Of a DNA stretch of 36,906 nt, positions 1 through 11,400 are shown piece after piece. Location of the stretch: positions 1 to 36,906 of IMG/VR virus record IMGVR_UViG_3300030376_006779, one strand, 5' to 3'. The DNA is from a virus. Its lineage: Duplodnaviria; Caudoviricetes. The position numbers were made by a program, and so were the translations under genes. The notes beneath the pieces are model-generated. The model was not told the DNA's origin. It did not search any database and saw only the letters and a program-made list of their open reading frames with translations. Numbering within the stretch: the stretch's first letter is position 1; every line of letters begins with the position of its first letter.

Positions 1-2445
1 CTGGGCGGTAAGCAGATTATGCCCAAAGCCCTTCAGGGGCAAAACTGGACTGACGAGGGTACCCAAAGAGACTGGACTGGGCAGGATGCCATGGATGTTG
101 CCATGGTTATGCCGGCCACTCGTGCTCTTGGTGGAGCGACTAAAGTAGGTCAAGCAATTCGCAAAGTTCCAGGCGGTAAACTTTTTATAGGAAAGGGTGG
201 GCCTGGGACCGCTTTTAATGGACCTAAATTTTCTAAATACACGCCCGGCGGAAGGAATTGGGGCAGTAAACTGCAAAACTTTGGGCGCACCAAAAAAGGT
301 TTAGCCCTTAAGACCGCAGCAGCCTCAGGAACTCTCGGAGCGGCCTCTAATATGATTGACGGAGTAGGTCTGCCCGATCAGGAGCCTAACCCGCTCGATC
401 CCAACCAGACCTTAGACGATCCCACCGGACAAAACGTCCCAGGCTTGCCTATGGAGGGTGCCGGCGCCGGAGCCGGAGCCGGAGGGCAACACCCAGCCAC
501 CGCTTTTCAGACGCAAGCTAATTCTATGCCCGGTCAGGTCAGGAGACTGGGCGGATCCGGATCCACCATGCCGAGTTTGGCGCAGGGCCGGATGCAGGCC
601 GAGGCCGATCGCCTGATGGATAACGAGATCAAGAAGTCCAAGGGAACCTACAACCCGACCTATAGCGAGGACCCCAACTATTTCATGAAGCAGCGCTACG
701 AATCCACGGGCGGCAGGGCCGCTGGTGATTGGGATGCGATGACTCCCGAGCAGAAGAGAGCGGCAACCAGCGCTTACCAGAAGAACAGCTATTACGATTC
801 CTCGAGCAAAGAGGGCAGGGCAGCTGATCAGCGCCTCAAGGATTCCGGGTGGACCGCTCCTCGGGCCGATGGCATAGCCAACGCCGCCCGCCAAGAGCTC
901 GGAATGAACAGCTTGCAGGATCACAGAGCTCAGGAAGCCGCCAAACCGCAATGGGGCGGAGGAAACTATTTCGCGGATCCCGATGATCCGAATAATGAGA
1001 ACATTATGCCCGGCCAAGTAACCCGCCAGGAGTTCATGGACAAGAGCGGTATGCAAACCCCGGGCACCGGTCTTACGCAAAATCCCGACGGTAGCTACCA
1101 AACCCATGAATATGGCGACACCTACGAAAAATCCGGAGGAGACGCGAGCGCCGAGGAGTATTTAGTAGGCCCGCAGGAGCAACCGCCCGAGCCACTGGAA
1201 GTGACGGACGTTCGTTCAGAAAGCGCAGACGAGTTTTTAAGCAGACATGGTACATCCGAACCCGACGGACAGCCGACTTTTACCTCCGGAGCTACTCCGC
1301 AGCAGATGGAGCTTAACAGGCCAGCTCTCCCCCAATCGGATCCTTTGGCGGCTCAGCCAACTCCGGCTCCTCAAGGAGAAGGCAAAATGGAGCCGTTCGT
1401 AGATGAGCAGGGCAGAAGAGGGTTTAGGCCTACCGAGGAGTCGCTAGCGAGCCCCCTACCTTCAGAGGAAGAGTATCTAAAGTTGGCCCCAGACGGTAAT
1501 TACGAGGAATATGTCAAGTCCCATCAAAGTATGGCAGAAGACAGAGGCGTAATGGGCGGAGGCATGGGCCTGGACAACCCCGCCCCCGACACACTTACCG
1601 CTCCCGGACAAGCAGGACCCCGAATCGAGGGCGGACACGCAAAGCTTGCCAATCTCATGAATCAAGCAGGCGATCGATCCGTGAAAATGGCCGACGGCTA
1701 TAGCGATCCGAGCATGGATATGAGCGAAGGAACCAGGATGCTATCCTCGGATATGCAGGATTATGGCGATGCCGCATTCAAGAACAAGGCCGACGCTCTC
1801 GGATATCTCAATAGGCAGGCTCCGACTATGGATGAGCCCGCACCGGAAGCGCCGGAACCGATGCCCGGCCCAGGCCCAGGCCCAGCTCCAGGCCCCGAAG
1901 ACGGCGGAGACTTTAACTGGAAACCTTGGGCAGCGGGAGCGGGTGGCGCAGGATTGGCGGCTCTTGCCGCTTGGGCGCTCAGTAGAGGCAGGATCAAGCC
2001 CAAGCAGGCTCAAAAACTTATAGGAAAGCTAGGATCGAAGGGACCAAAGCCTTTGGGTCTACCTCAAAATCGTATGCCGCGGAAGCTGAATAATATCGGC
2101 CCGCAGAAAGCCTTACCTCTTAAGCCTGCCCCTAAGCAGCTAACGAATACACCTAAGCCCAACCCGACTCTTCCTAATAAGCCCACCCCGAAGCAGCTAA
2201 CTACTCAGAAAAAAGGGGTTCAAGTTGAGCATTTCTCGGATAAACCGTTCCGTATGGGTAAAGAAGTTCGCGGTCCAGGATTCCATAGCGCTAGGCACCA
2301 ACCAATGCAAGGACCGGGGGTACCGAAGATGACGGAGAAGAATGCTCGAAGTCTGGTACAGCAAGGACGGAATCCCGACGGATCCATAGCCACAAAAGAG
2401 CAGCGAATAGCTGCAATGCGGTATCTCAAAGCTAACCGCCTGTAA
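1..2445 (+). CDS. Low-complexity G/P/Q/M-rich protein, probable internal virion (ejection) protein; probably 5'-truncated
   Basis: The frame is open from base 1 (LGGKQI precedes the ATG at 19). Gly/Ala-rich hydrophobic stretches (e.g. WAAGAGGAGLAALAAWAL), an acidic Pro-rich middle and a basic C-terminus. Lies directly upstream of the giant protein. Function is inferred from composition and position. Confidence 0.55.
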   Translation: MGGKQIMPKALQGQNWTDEGTQRDWTGQDAMDVAMVMPATRALGGATKVGQAIRKVPGGKLFIGKGGPGTAFNGPKFSKYTPGGRNWGSKLQNFGRTKKGLALKTAAASGTLGAASNMIDGVGLPDQEPNPLDPNQTLDDPTGQNVPGLPMEGAGAGAGAGGQHPATAFQTQANSMPGQVRRLGGSGSTMPSLAQGRMQAEADRLMDNEIKKSKGTYNPTYSEDPNYFMKQRYESTGGRAAGDWDAMTPEQKRAATSAYQKNSYYDSSSKEGRAADQRLKDSGWTAPRADGIANAARQELGMNSLQDHRAQEAAKPQWGGGNYFADPDDPNNENIMPGQVTRQEFMDKSGMQTPGTGLTQNPDGSYQTHEYGDTYEKSGGDASAEEYLVGPQEQPPEPLEVTDVRSESADEFLSRHGTSEPDGQPTFTSGATPQQMELNRPALPQSDPLAAQPTPAPQGEGKMEPFVDEQGRRGFRPTEESLASPLPSEEEYLKLAPDGNYEEYVKSHQSMAEDRGVMGGGMGLDNPAPDTLTAPGQAGPRIEGGHAKLANLMNQAGDRSVKMADGYSDPSMDMSEGTRMLSSDMQDYGDAAFKNKADALGYLNRQAPTMDEPAPEAPEPMPGPGPGPAPGPEDGGDFNWKPWAAGAGGAGLAALAAWALSRGRIKPKQAQKLIGKLGSKGPKPLGLPQNRMPRKLNNIGPQKALPLKPAPKQLTNTPKPNPTLPNKPTPKQLTTQKKGVQVEHFSDKPFRMGKEVRGPGFHSARHQPMQGPGVPKMTEKNARSLVQQGRNPDGSIATKEQRIAAMRYLKANRL

Positions 2446-2457
2446 CTTCAGTCAGAT

Positions 2458-5400
2458 ATGTCCAAGCTCGACGAACTAGGACTGTCAGACGACTACGAGG
2501 AAAAGAAAAGCGGTCTAGGACAGTTCACAAGCAAACCAACTCAACGGCAATTCCAGCCGTTTGGTGGTCCACTTAAGCCACAACAGCCTCAGAATCAGGT
2601 TAGCCAGGTCCAGAACCCCTTCCCAGCTGAGCAGCCTCAGTATGTCTCTCCATTGGACGATCTGGGTACGTATGACCAGTACAAGACGAACTACTCCGCG
2701 ATAAGTAAGGAAGCGTCGAATTACGGCCAGATTAGCTCCAGATGGAATAGCCTGTACGACGATTCCCTGGAAAACGAGATCCGGCCGTTTTACGATCAGC
2801 TTGGGCTATATGACGACATACAGGACAAGGCGAGCGGCGACGAGTACATAGCCAGTATTGACAAGGAGTACGCCAGACTTAACAAGCTAGCTAATTCCGA
2901 GGATGGGTGGTTTGGTTCTTCGGACGAGAAATTGGGTGCTCAGGAAGCGCTGAAGAGATTCGGATCCTGGGGTGGCGAAAACGGACTGAGGAGTAAGTTC
3001 TTCAAGCTCAAACAGGAGCGGGACAACCGCAAATTGATGAGCGACCAGGCCAATGACACCAAGGTCCGAATGCTCGAGGAGATGACCTCCATTCCGCTCG
3101 ATCAGCGGATGGCAATGGACGAGGCTCTGAAGAGTAGGGGCAAGGGCGAGAAGGATCCGAGAGAGATAAATAAGATTCTCGACTCCATGCAGTGGGAGGA
3201 TCCGGTAGTTGATTTTAATACAGGAGAGATCACAAACCTTCACAAGGTCGACCCCCGCCGCAAGTCTCCAACTGCTACAGACTTTAATACCGGTCAGAAC
3301 GCCGGCCAAGCCGCCCAGAGCAAAAGACGTCAGCAAGCTTTCTCAGGAGACATTGATACTATCATGTCCGAGCGTGCCGGCATGGAACGTCGCCGGAACA
3401 TGCAGAATCGCGGATTTATGGTCGGCCATTCAGGTACGGCTCCTCGAGGCATGTCCAATGACTTCATTGATATTCTCGATGCCGACAAGCTCAAGGATGC
3501 AGGGTTCACAGAATTCAAGGGTCTTCCGATTGAGGAAGCTATAGCTCAGCTTGGGGGAGCGGAAAAGATTGAAGCCGCAAAGGTCATGAAGAGTGCCTTG
3601 CAGGCCAAGGAGATCTTCCGCAACTCTCAACTCGAGTTGCTAAAGGAGATCGGCGGAGCGAATAAAAATTCCGACCAGCTCAAGCTCAAGGTTGACAAAG
3701 CTAGACAGAATTGGCACGGCGCGCTCAAGGTTGCGGGCGATTTCGGGCTAAGTAGCAGACTTTACGAACAACTGTCCTCGGCCGAGGATCAGGTCGGATT
3801 CTGGGAGGGTATAAAAAACGAGTGGAATCGCGGACTTAAGCAGGCCGACATGGCTGATCTCAGTTTGGACTTCGCCATGGGGCAAGCCGACGAGTCAGAC
3901 ATTCAGACCCTTATCGACATATCCCAGGATATCGAGGACATCCCGACAAGCTCGGCCTTAAAGAGAATATCCAGCGGTAAGTCTAAGAATCTTATGGAAG
4001 CGGTCGGGTTGATCTTCGGTAATGCCGAGGCCCTCCCCGAGCTCATAGCTGGTGTTACGTCGGCGTACTTCCCGACAATGGTTAACACTTTTATGAAGTA
4101 CACAGGACCAGCGGCCCTGGGTCATGGAGCAATCCAAAAGATGAGGGGTAAGGGCGGCTTGTTTGGCACAATAGGGCTCGGAGCTCGACTGAATGCCGGT
4201 GTGGCAAGTGCTGCGCTCGAGTACAACGGTAAGCTCATGGAGGAAATGAGCGGTCTGGGCGTTGATGTTCACGACCCTAAGATTTTCATGGCCGCCTGGC
4301 AGAGCCCGCAGATCAGAGAAGCTCTGAAGGACACCGCTCTCGCCAAATCGTTTGGTGTAGGTCTTATGGATTCGGTAGGCGGTTTGATGGCTGGCCGGAT
4401 TGGGCAGACCACCCGCTATCTCGGAATGAAGGGTGGCAAGCATGTGGATGCTACCCGCTGGGCAAAAAAGCATGGGCGTAGCGATTGGCAACAGGCCGGT
4501 ATTGATATGCCTGTGTTCTCCAGTTGGCAAAGATTCAAATCAAGCATCGTTCCGGAAACAGGGGCCCAAATGGGCTTCGGAATGGGTGGTGAAGCGCTTG
4601 GTCAGTATCTGGCCATGAAACCTGGCGAGTCCTTCGATTGGGATGCGATCGCTGCGGAGGGTGCTCTCGAGATCGTCAGCCCCTTTGGTATCTACGGTGC
4701 CATGAGTGAAGCCTGGCGCGGGGGCAAGAGAGAAGCCGCTCGCAAGAATTTCGCTCAGGCTACTCCGACCTACTCGAATGTTCAGCCCATGACGATCGAC
4801 GGGCAGCAGGTAGGCTCCCAGGGCACTGTCACCCGGGCAGGTTTGGTCCAAGAGTTTAGACAGTACGACTCTGCGGATAATGCGGCAGCCGACATGATTC
4901 AGGCCGCGGGCATTAACTTCGACCCCGCCAATCCGAACAGCCCTGAAAACCGTCAGGCTCAGGTAATTCAGGACTTCATGTTCCGCTTTCAGGAAATGAA
5001 TCCCGAGAAATTCAAAGAGTTGCGCTGGGTCGTAGCCGAGAGAACTCCCGACAGCATAGATTCCGAAGGTTTATTCGAACACTATGACGATCCATCCTTT
5101 GGTGGATCCACCGTTTTCCTGAACGCTGACAAGATGAAGGAGAACCCAATTCGCGGGCTCTTCCACGAAGGCGCTCACTGGGCCCGTTTGTCTATTTTTA
5201 AGGACGTCAAGGACTTGATGTCGGTGTATAACTCACTCACCTCTGAGCAAAAGTTAAACTCCTTCGCCGAGTACCATCTAAAAATCCCTAATGCGAAGTT
5301 CAGTGCGCTGGAGGATGGTCAAAAGTCGGAGGTCATGAGGCGCTTCCAGGATACCAGCTCCCGAACCCAAGCCGAGGAGTGGTTCGCCTTGCAGTTTGCC

Positions 5401-8400
5401 CGTAATCTCGCAGGCAACCCTTCTGACCGTACGGTCGCTCAACCGGTCAAGAAGTTCATGAAGAAGTTCGTCTACCCCCTTATGGAGGGGAAGATGGGTA
5501 GCGTGGATAACGCCGGTGCTTTTGCCGCCCAGGTTGACGGTGTGATTCTTAACGCAATGGGCTGGGGACCGACCGGTGTGCGCATGGGTGACACTCTTCA
5601 GGATCAGGATTGGTCTGCCGACGGCGTTCGCGGAGCTGCATTGCCCGAGGGCATGGAGCAAATGTCTCAGGAGGAAGGCATCAAGTGGTTGTGGGAGAAG
5701 ATCCAGAAATACGACAAGAAGGATCAAGGCCCGCTTATCGAGACCATTGAAGCCCTCATGGGCGGTAATAAGATTTTCATGACCCCCGAGGTCAGCGCAT
5801 TTACCAAATCCGATGACACTCCTATTGGCAAAAAAGAAGCCAAGAAATTTGCCGATCCGGAAGCCAAGAAGTGGTCCAAGGAGAAGGTAGATCTCCTTAC
5901 TGAGCTGTACGAGGATGTGGATGGTGACGTAAACCGCATGCTCGACGCCCAGGTTCCTGGGGAGAAGTCTGAGGGCAAGACCGAGCCTAGGAAGAGTGAG
6001 GATGTAGGTGAAGCGTTGGATACTGAGGCAATAGATAAAATCAGAAAAGTTCCAGGGAGCCCATCCATCGAGGGTGATCCCGCAAAACCCGACACGCTCA
6101 GCCTAACACCCTCCCAGCAAAAGAATTTAAATAACGTACTTAAGAATGAGAAGGAGTTTGACGCCCTAAAGAAGTACATAAAGCAGCTTAGAAAAGTAAA
6201 CACCCCTGAAGCTATAGCTCAAATCGAGAAAGCTAAGGCTCGAATAGAGGCGCTCAAGATTGACCCTCCGGCAGAAAAGACATGGGATCAGGTTTCTAAA
6301 TTTGAAGAGTCTTTACTCAACGACGACGGCACCCCGAAAGAATTTCAGCTTGGGCCGAATGTGGTTAGGTTTATACCTTTTAGAGGTAAAGCACTTACAG
6401 ACGGCGGCGGAAGAGTTTGGATAAAGGCCGAAATTAACGGCGTCGAAGTGCCGTTCTATCAATCCACTGGTCTCGGCCAAAAGATTTTACAAACAGGAAA
6501 ATTCTACCCCTCACCTGGAGTAGGTGGCACCTGGGTTAACAAGCTTAGTAGTAAGCAAATGGCCGAGTTCTACGGCTCGCCCGAAATGGCTCAGGTCAGC
6601 GCTTTTCTGGAACAGGGTTTCGGTGATATAACACCCCACGAGGGCAAAATCAATCTCCGCTTTAAGGAGTCTATCCCCGGTTACGACAATCTTACGATAA
6701 AGGAACAAAAGAGGCACGCCGGGCAGTTCGTTAAAGAGCAAAGATCGTGGATGAATGACGGTCGCACGCAAGTTGAATTAGACGAAAAGGGTGCCGCTGC
6801 GAGCATAAGAAATGAGATGGCTCGGTTGGCCAAGCTCATCGAGGATGGTATGCCCGCGCCGGTTGAGAGAACCGCCGAAAAGCCTCTCCCAGGGAAGCCT
6901 AAGTCGGAGACCACGCCTACCAGAACCGGCGCACAGGTACGAGTTGATGAGATCAGGGGTCAGGAGGAGCAGGTTTACACCAAAGACTCTTTCGATCCGC
7001 AAAAAGCGGCGACCCGTAAAGCCGTCATTGAGTCTCTTAAGAAAATCGAGGAGCTGATAACCGACCCCAAGAAATTCAAGAAAGCTTTGGTAGATGCTCG
7101 TAACAAACTGGTTAACCAAAGGCTCGAGGCACTAGGCATAGACAGTAAGGGAGTATCTACCGAAGACTGGGATAATGTAGTCCGCCAGATCAGCTGGATG
7201 GATGTTCTTCGGGAAATGTCGGAATTCGATACGCTACTATCATTCGGCAAGGGCGGGCGCTCTCAGTGGGGTCTCGATCTCATCGACCGCTTTACAGACT
7301 CCTTCGACATGCCTGAGATTGACGCTGTCGAGGAAGCTATGGCGAAGGGCGAAGCCGATCTCGGTGAGGCCCAGGACATGATCCGTCAGGAAAAGCTGGC
7401 CGCAATGGACGAGCAGCAAGCCCTTGAGAAATCGATTAAGAAGGTTAAGAAGCCGTTCGAAAAAAAGTCAGAGACCCGCGGTAATCAAAAATTGGTCACA
7501 AGCCCGCTTGATCCCAAGAAGGGTTACAAGGAGATGGTCAATCTGAAGAAGACAAACAAGCCCAAGAAGGGTATGATCCAGTCCAAAGAGAAGTTCCAGG
7601 AGTGGATCAAGAAGAATAAGGGTAAGGCCACCCTGAAGGATTGGGAAACGGCCAGCAAAAACAGCTTGGTCAAAAAGAAGGGTAACAAACTTGTCTATAT
7701 TCCCGGAGAGGGTTTCGCGCTCCTGTACAAGACCACTGTCCAAGAAAAGGCTAAGAAGGAAAAAGCCATCCCCGAGGGAGACAAGAGAGCTATCCACTCC
7801 GGAATGATCAAAGCCATTCAGGAGCAAATTCGGGCCGAGGTAGGAGAGGGGCTGGAAGCTTCCGAGGTCGAGTATTTCGACCGGATGGATGCCAGCGAAA
7901 ATTTTACATACGTTAAGCAGCAAGCAAGGTTCTTCAGAGAGCGCGGGCACAACGAGAATTTCATGATTGAATTCTTCAATGCCATAATGAATTCCGAAGG
8001 GGTTGTCGTAAAGATAGGCGGCAAGACATATGGCAAAAAGGGTAAGCGCATGCGTGTTCACCAGTTCATGAATATGCTCAGAGATGCCCAGTCCTTGGAT
8101 CAAAACCAGAAAAAGGAGATTGCCGCACTGCCGACCTCCTATGAAAAGACTGACAATTTCGCAAATGCCCAGAAGTTTAACGAAAGAGTCGCCAAGCTCC
8201 TGATACCCAGGAGGGGTAAAACCAAGACGGCGAAGAATACGGGAAAGAAACAAAAATCCGCCCCGACTAGGGATTACACGACATACGCCTCACAAGTAAA
8301 GGAATGGGCTAAGTTTGCTCAGGTCATGCGCGAAGAGGTCAAGAGCCGGCAGCCCGATCTGGTGGACGAGGGCAAGGATCAAGCATTTACGGATGAGCTC

Positions 8401-11400
8401 AGCCGTCGCATTGCTCAGACCATGCGCCTGCCCCGTGCTTATATGGATTTCATGCAGGCCGAAGCCAAGACCCGCAGGCAAAAGGCTCTGGCCCGGCATA
8501 TCGAATTGCTCCAGGAAGCAGAGATGCTCTTCGCTCCCGAAAATTATGGGGTCGATTGGAAGAATGTTCGTGTTATGCACGGACCGTTTGCGAATACGTT
8601 CATCAAAGAGGGGGGCGTGCTCAAGCCCCTGACCCTCGGAGTTCTATCCACGCATAGCAATAAGGGATGGGGAGGCGCGCTCAAGCTGTTCGATAAGAAA
8701 GGTTACCCTAAGAAATATAAGGGTAAGGATGGGAAACAGATGGAGATCGCAGACGGCCAGCATCTACTTGGTGGCGTTCCGTTCGAGGGCGCCAAGACGG
8801 ACACCGTTACCTTTTATGACCAATTTGATCTGAAAAAGATTACTCCAGATCTAAGCACTAAATCGAAAGATCCTAATACCTACCACGGAGCCTACGGCAT
8901 GACCCCCCGCCAATACAAGCTCTATGTGGCTGCCGCTCAGGCATCCATGCACCAGCCGATCACCGGTCGAGGCTTAAATACCAACGACCTGCGACGGAGG
9001 GTAATCGTTCAAGGAACACCCGATGAGGGAACCAGCCTTTTGACAATCCTTGCTAAGATGGTCTGGGAGGCAAACGCGGAATCCCTTGACGGCAGTGCGG
9101 AAACCCGCAAGACGCGGGCCCGCATGAGCACGCAAATGGCGTACTCCCCCGAGGATTACCTTCTCGCCGAGGTTGCCAAAACCGCAAGTTATACCGGAGC
9201 GGAAATGGATCAGACCGGGCTCACCATGATGTGGCTTCAGCACAATAAGGTACGTGAGCTCACTAGGCTTCTCAGCCAGCTCAAGGATCAAACTTGGAAG
9301 GATCGGGGCGCCTTACGGGCCAAGCAGCGCGATATTGAGAAACTCATACAGTACCATCTACATGCCGAGCCGTATGAGAAGGGTAGGATAACTGAGACCT
9401 TCAGAACCGTTGATATCAAACCGAAGTCTAGGGCGGAGAGGCGCCGCCTGTATCAGCGATACCTCGATTCGTTTAAGGGAGAGAAGCCTCTGCCTTTCGA
9501 CTCAGACTCTAAGAAATACAGGAAGTTCGAGAACCAGGTCACCAAAGAGCAGGAAAGAACGGGCACCATGCCCGACGCCGACAAATTTCGCTTCCGCCCG
9601 CCCGTGGTGGAGGAGTATAAATGGACCTCCTGGAATGAGATGTACGAGTACTACCGGCAGGAAGATATCGCCTTTCTCAAGGACAAGTATGCGTTTGAAA
9701 AGGCCCGGCTGGGAGACTCTAATAAGACCGGAAAGTTCCCGAGCCTGACAAAGTGGCTAAACCAGAAGGATAAAAACGGTAATTATACTAACCGCGTTCG
9801 TGTCGAAGGGGGCTTTGGTGACGTCCAGACCAACCCCGGCGGACGGGAAAAGCCCCAGCCCGATCGGATACCCGGCGGGAAAATGTGGACCGAAGCCCTG
9901 GGACAGTACGATTATTGGCACTGGAAGATGAAGGCCATTGATGAAATCCTCACCCAATGGGAAGAGGAGATTGGCCCTCTGGGAGGTTGGCATAAGAAGG
10001 CCGGGAAGGCTTACACGGACGCCCGCGAGGCCCTTTCTCAAGCTCATGGTGAGCAAGCCGACCGCTTATTTGTAGACGATCTGCTCGAGAAGAGATTTAA
10101 ACAGAAAACGGGTAACGATAGCTGGAAAGATAACAAAGCCTTTAGTAAGTTCAAGGAGCAGCACAAAAACTTGTACGAGGGTCTTACCAGACAGAGCAAG
10201 GAACTGAACAAGCTTCAGCGCGAGAGACGAAAGGTCATGCACAATCCCGACCTAAGCGATTCTCAGAAGGAGTCGATCCTAGACGAATTTTATACTCGGA
10301 TCACGAGGGAGCAGGAGAAGATACGAAAAGTCTCCGTCGCCAAGAGGAAGGATATTTTCCAAATGTACCGCGATTGGTACCTTGAATTTATCGGCAAGGA
10401 TGCCAATCAGGAACTCGCCGAAACCATGCTCAACACCATTGAGCGTAATTTTGTAGAGCAAACCCCGCAGTATGGCGAAAACGGTGAAGTCTACTATGTC
10501 CCCCAATTTAGCTGGAATGTGGGTAATAGAACCGGTTTTAGTAGGAGAGAAGATAAGTATCCGAGGAAGTTCCGTAACGATGGCTACGCGTACGTTGAGT
10601 TGGACGAGTCTTTGGATAACCCGGATTTCAAAGTAGAGGCCCAAGAGGGTGCTCACGGCGAGTTCAAAAGGGTGAATCTGGACAAGACTTACAACATACT
10701 CAGCCTGTACAAATCGCAAGCTGACAAGGTTTTTGGTCAGCTCAAGAAGACCGGCGAAGGCTTGGGTGCGGAGTTTGAAATCCCGGATCGCGTTCGCGAT
10801 GACGCCGGGAGATTTGCCAAATGGAATGCTACTTATAAGGATCGCGAAGATCTATCCGCAACATTCATGGCACAGGGTGCCGAGGATGGTGAGAAGATCA
10901 GTTTCAAGGGTGTTGATGCGGATGGGGTGGATGTTGAGATCGACGCCATATTCAAGAATGGGTTCTGGGAATATGAGGATGGCAGCGGACAATTAAGCGT
11001 CAGACCGGGGACAGAAGTCATCAATGTTACCCGAATCGATCAAGACCCGGAGACTCTAGCTGCTCAAAAAGACCCAGAGCTGAACATTCGGAAAGCGATA
11101 GACAGGGGAGAAGATAGATCGCCAGATTCGAAAGCCGGCACGACAGCGGAGCTATATAACCGTCCAAGTCTCCATGACCAAGCGACAGAGGCCTGGCTCG
11201 CGGAGCAAGAGAAGAAGGGTGTGGATAGACAGAATGCCGCAAGCAGCGACAGTCATTACACCGCAGCCCGTTTGGCTGAACAAATTTTCAAGCTTGGGGT
11301 ACGGTCTTTCACACACTTTGCTGATACCGAAGTTACGGGAGATAACAAGAGCACCCCTGGTCAGCAATTTGCACCGTACATAATCCAGCGCATATTGCAC

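Noticed and set aside
1861-1900. CCAGGC-type short repeats (PGPGPGPAPGP)
   Set aside because: An ordinary low-complexity proline linker within a disordered protein.
5439-5484. TCAACCGGTC exactly 43 nt before an in-frame ATG (5482) inside the giant gene, a possible internal promoter
   Set aside because: The -10 position reads GTCTAC, a poor match. A similar hit at 12952 points to an ATG that opens only two codons, showing that such spacing can arise by chance.
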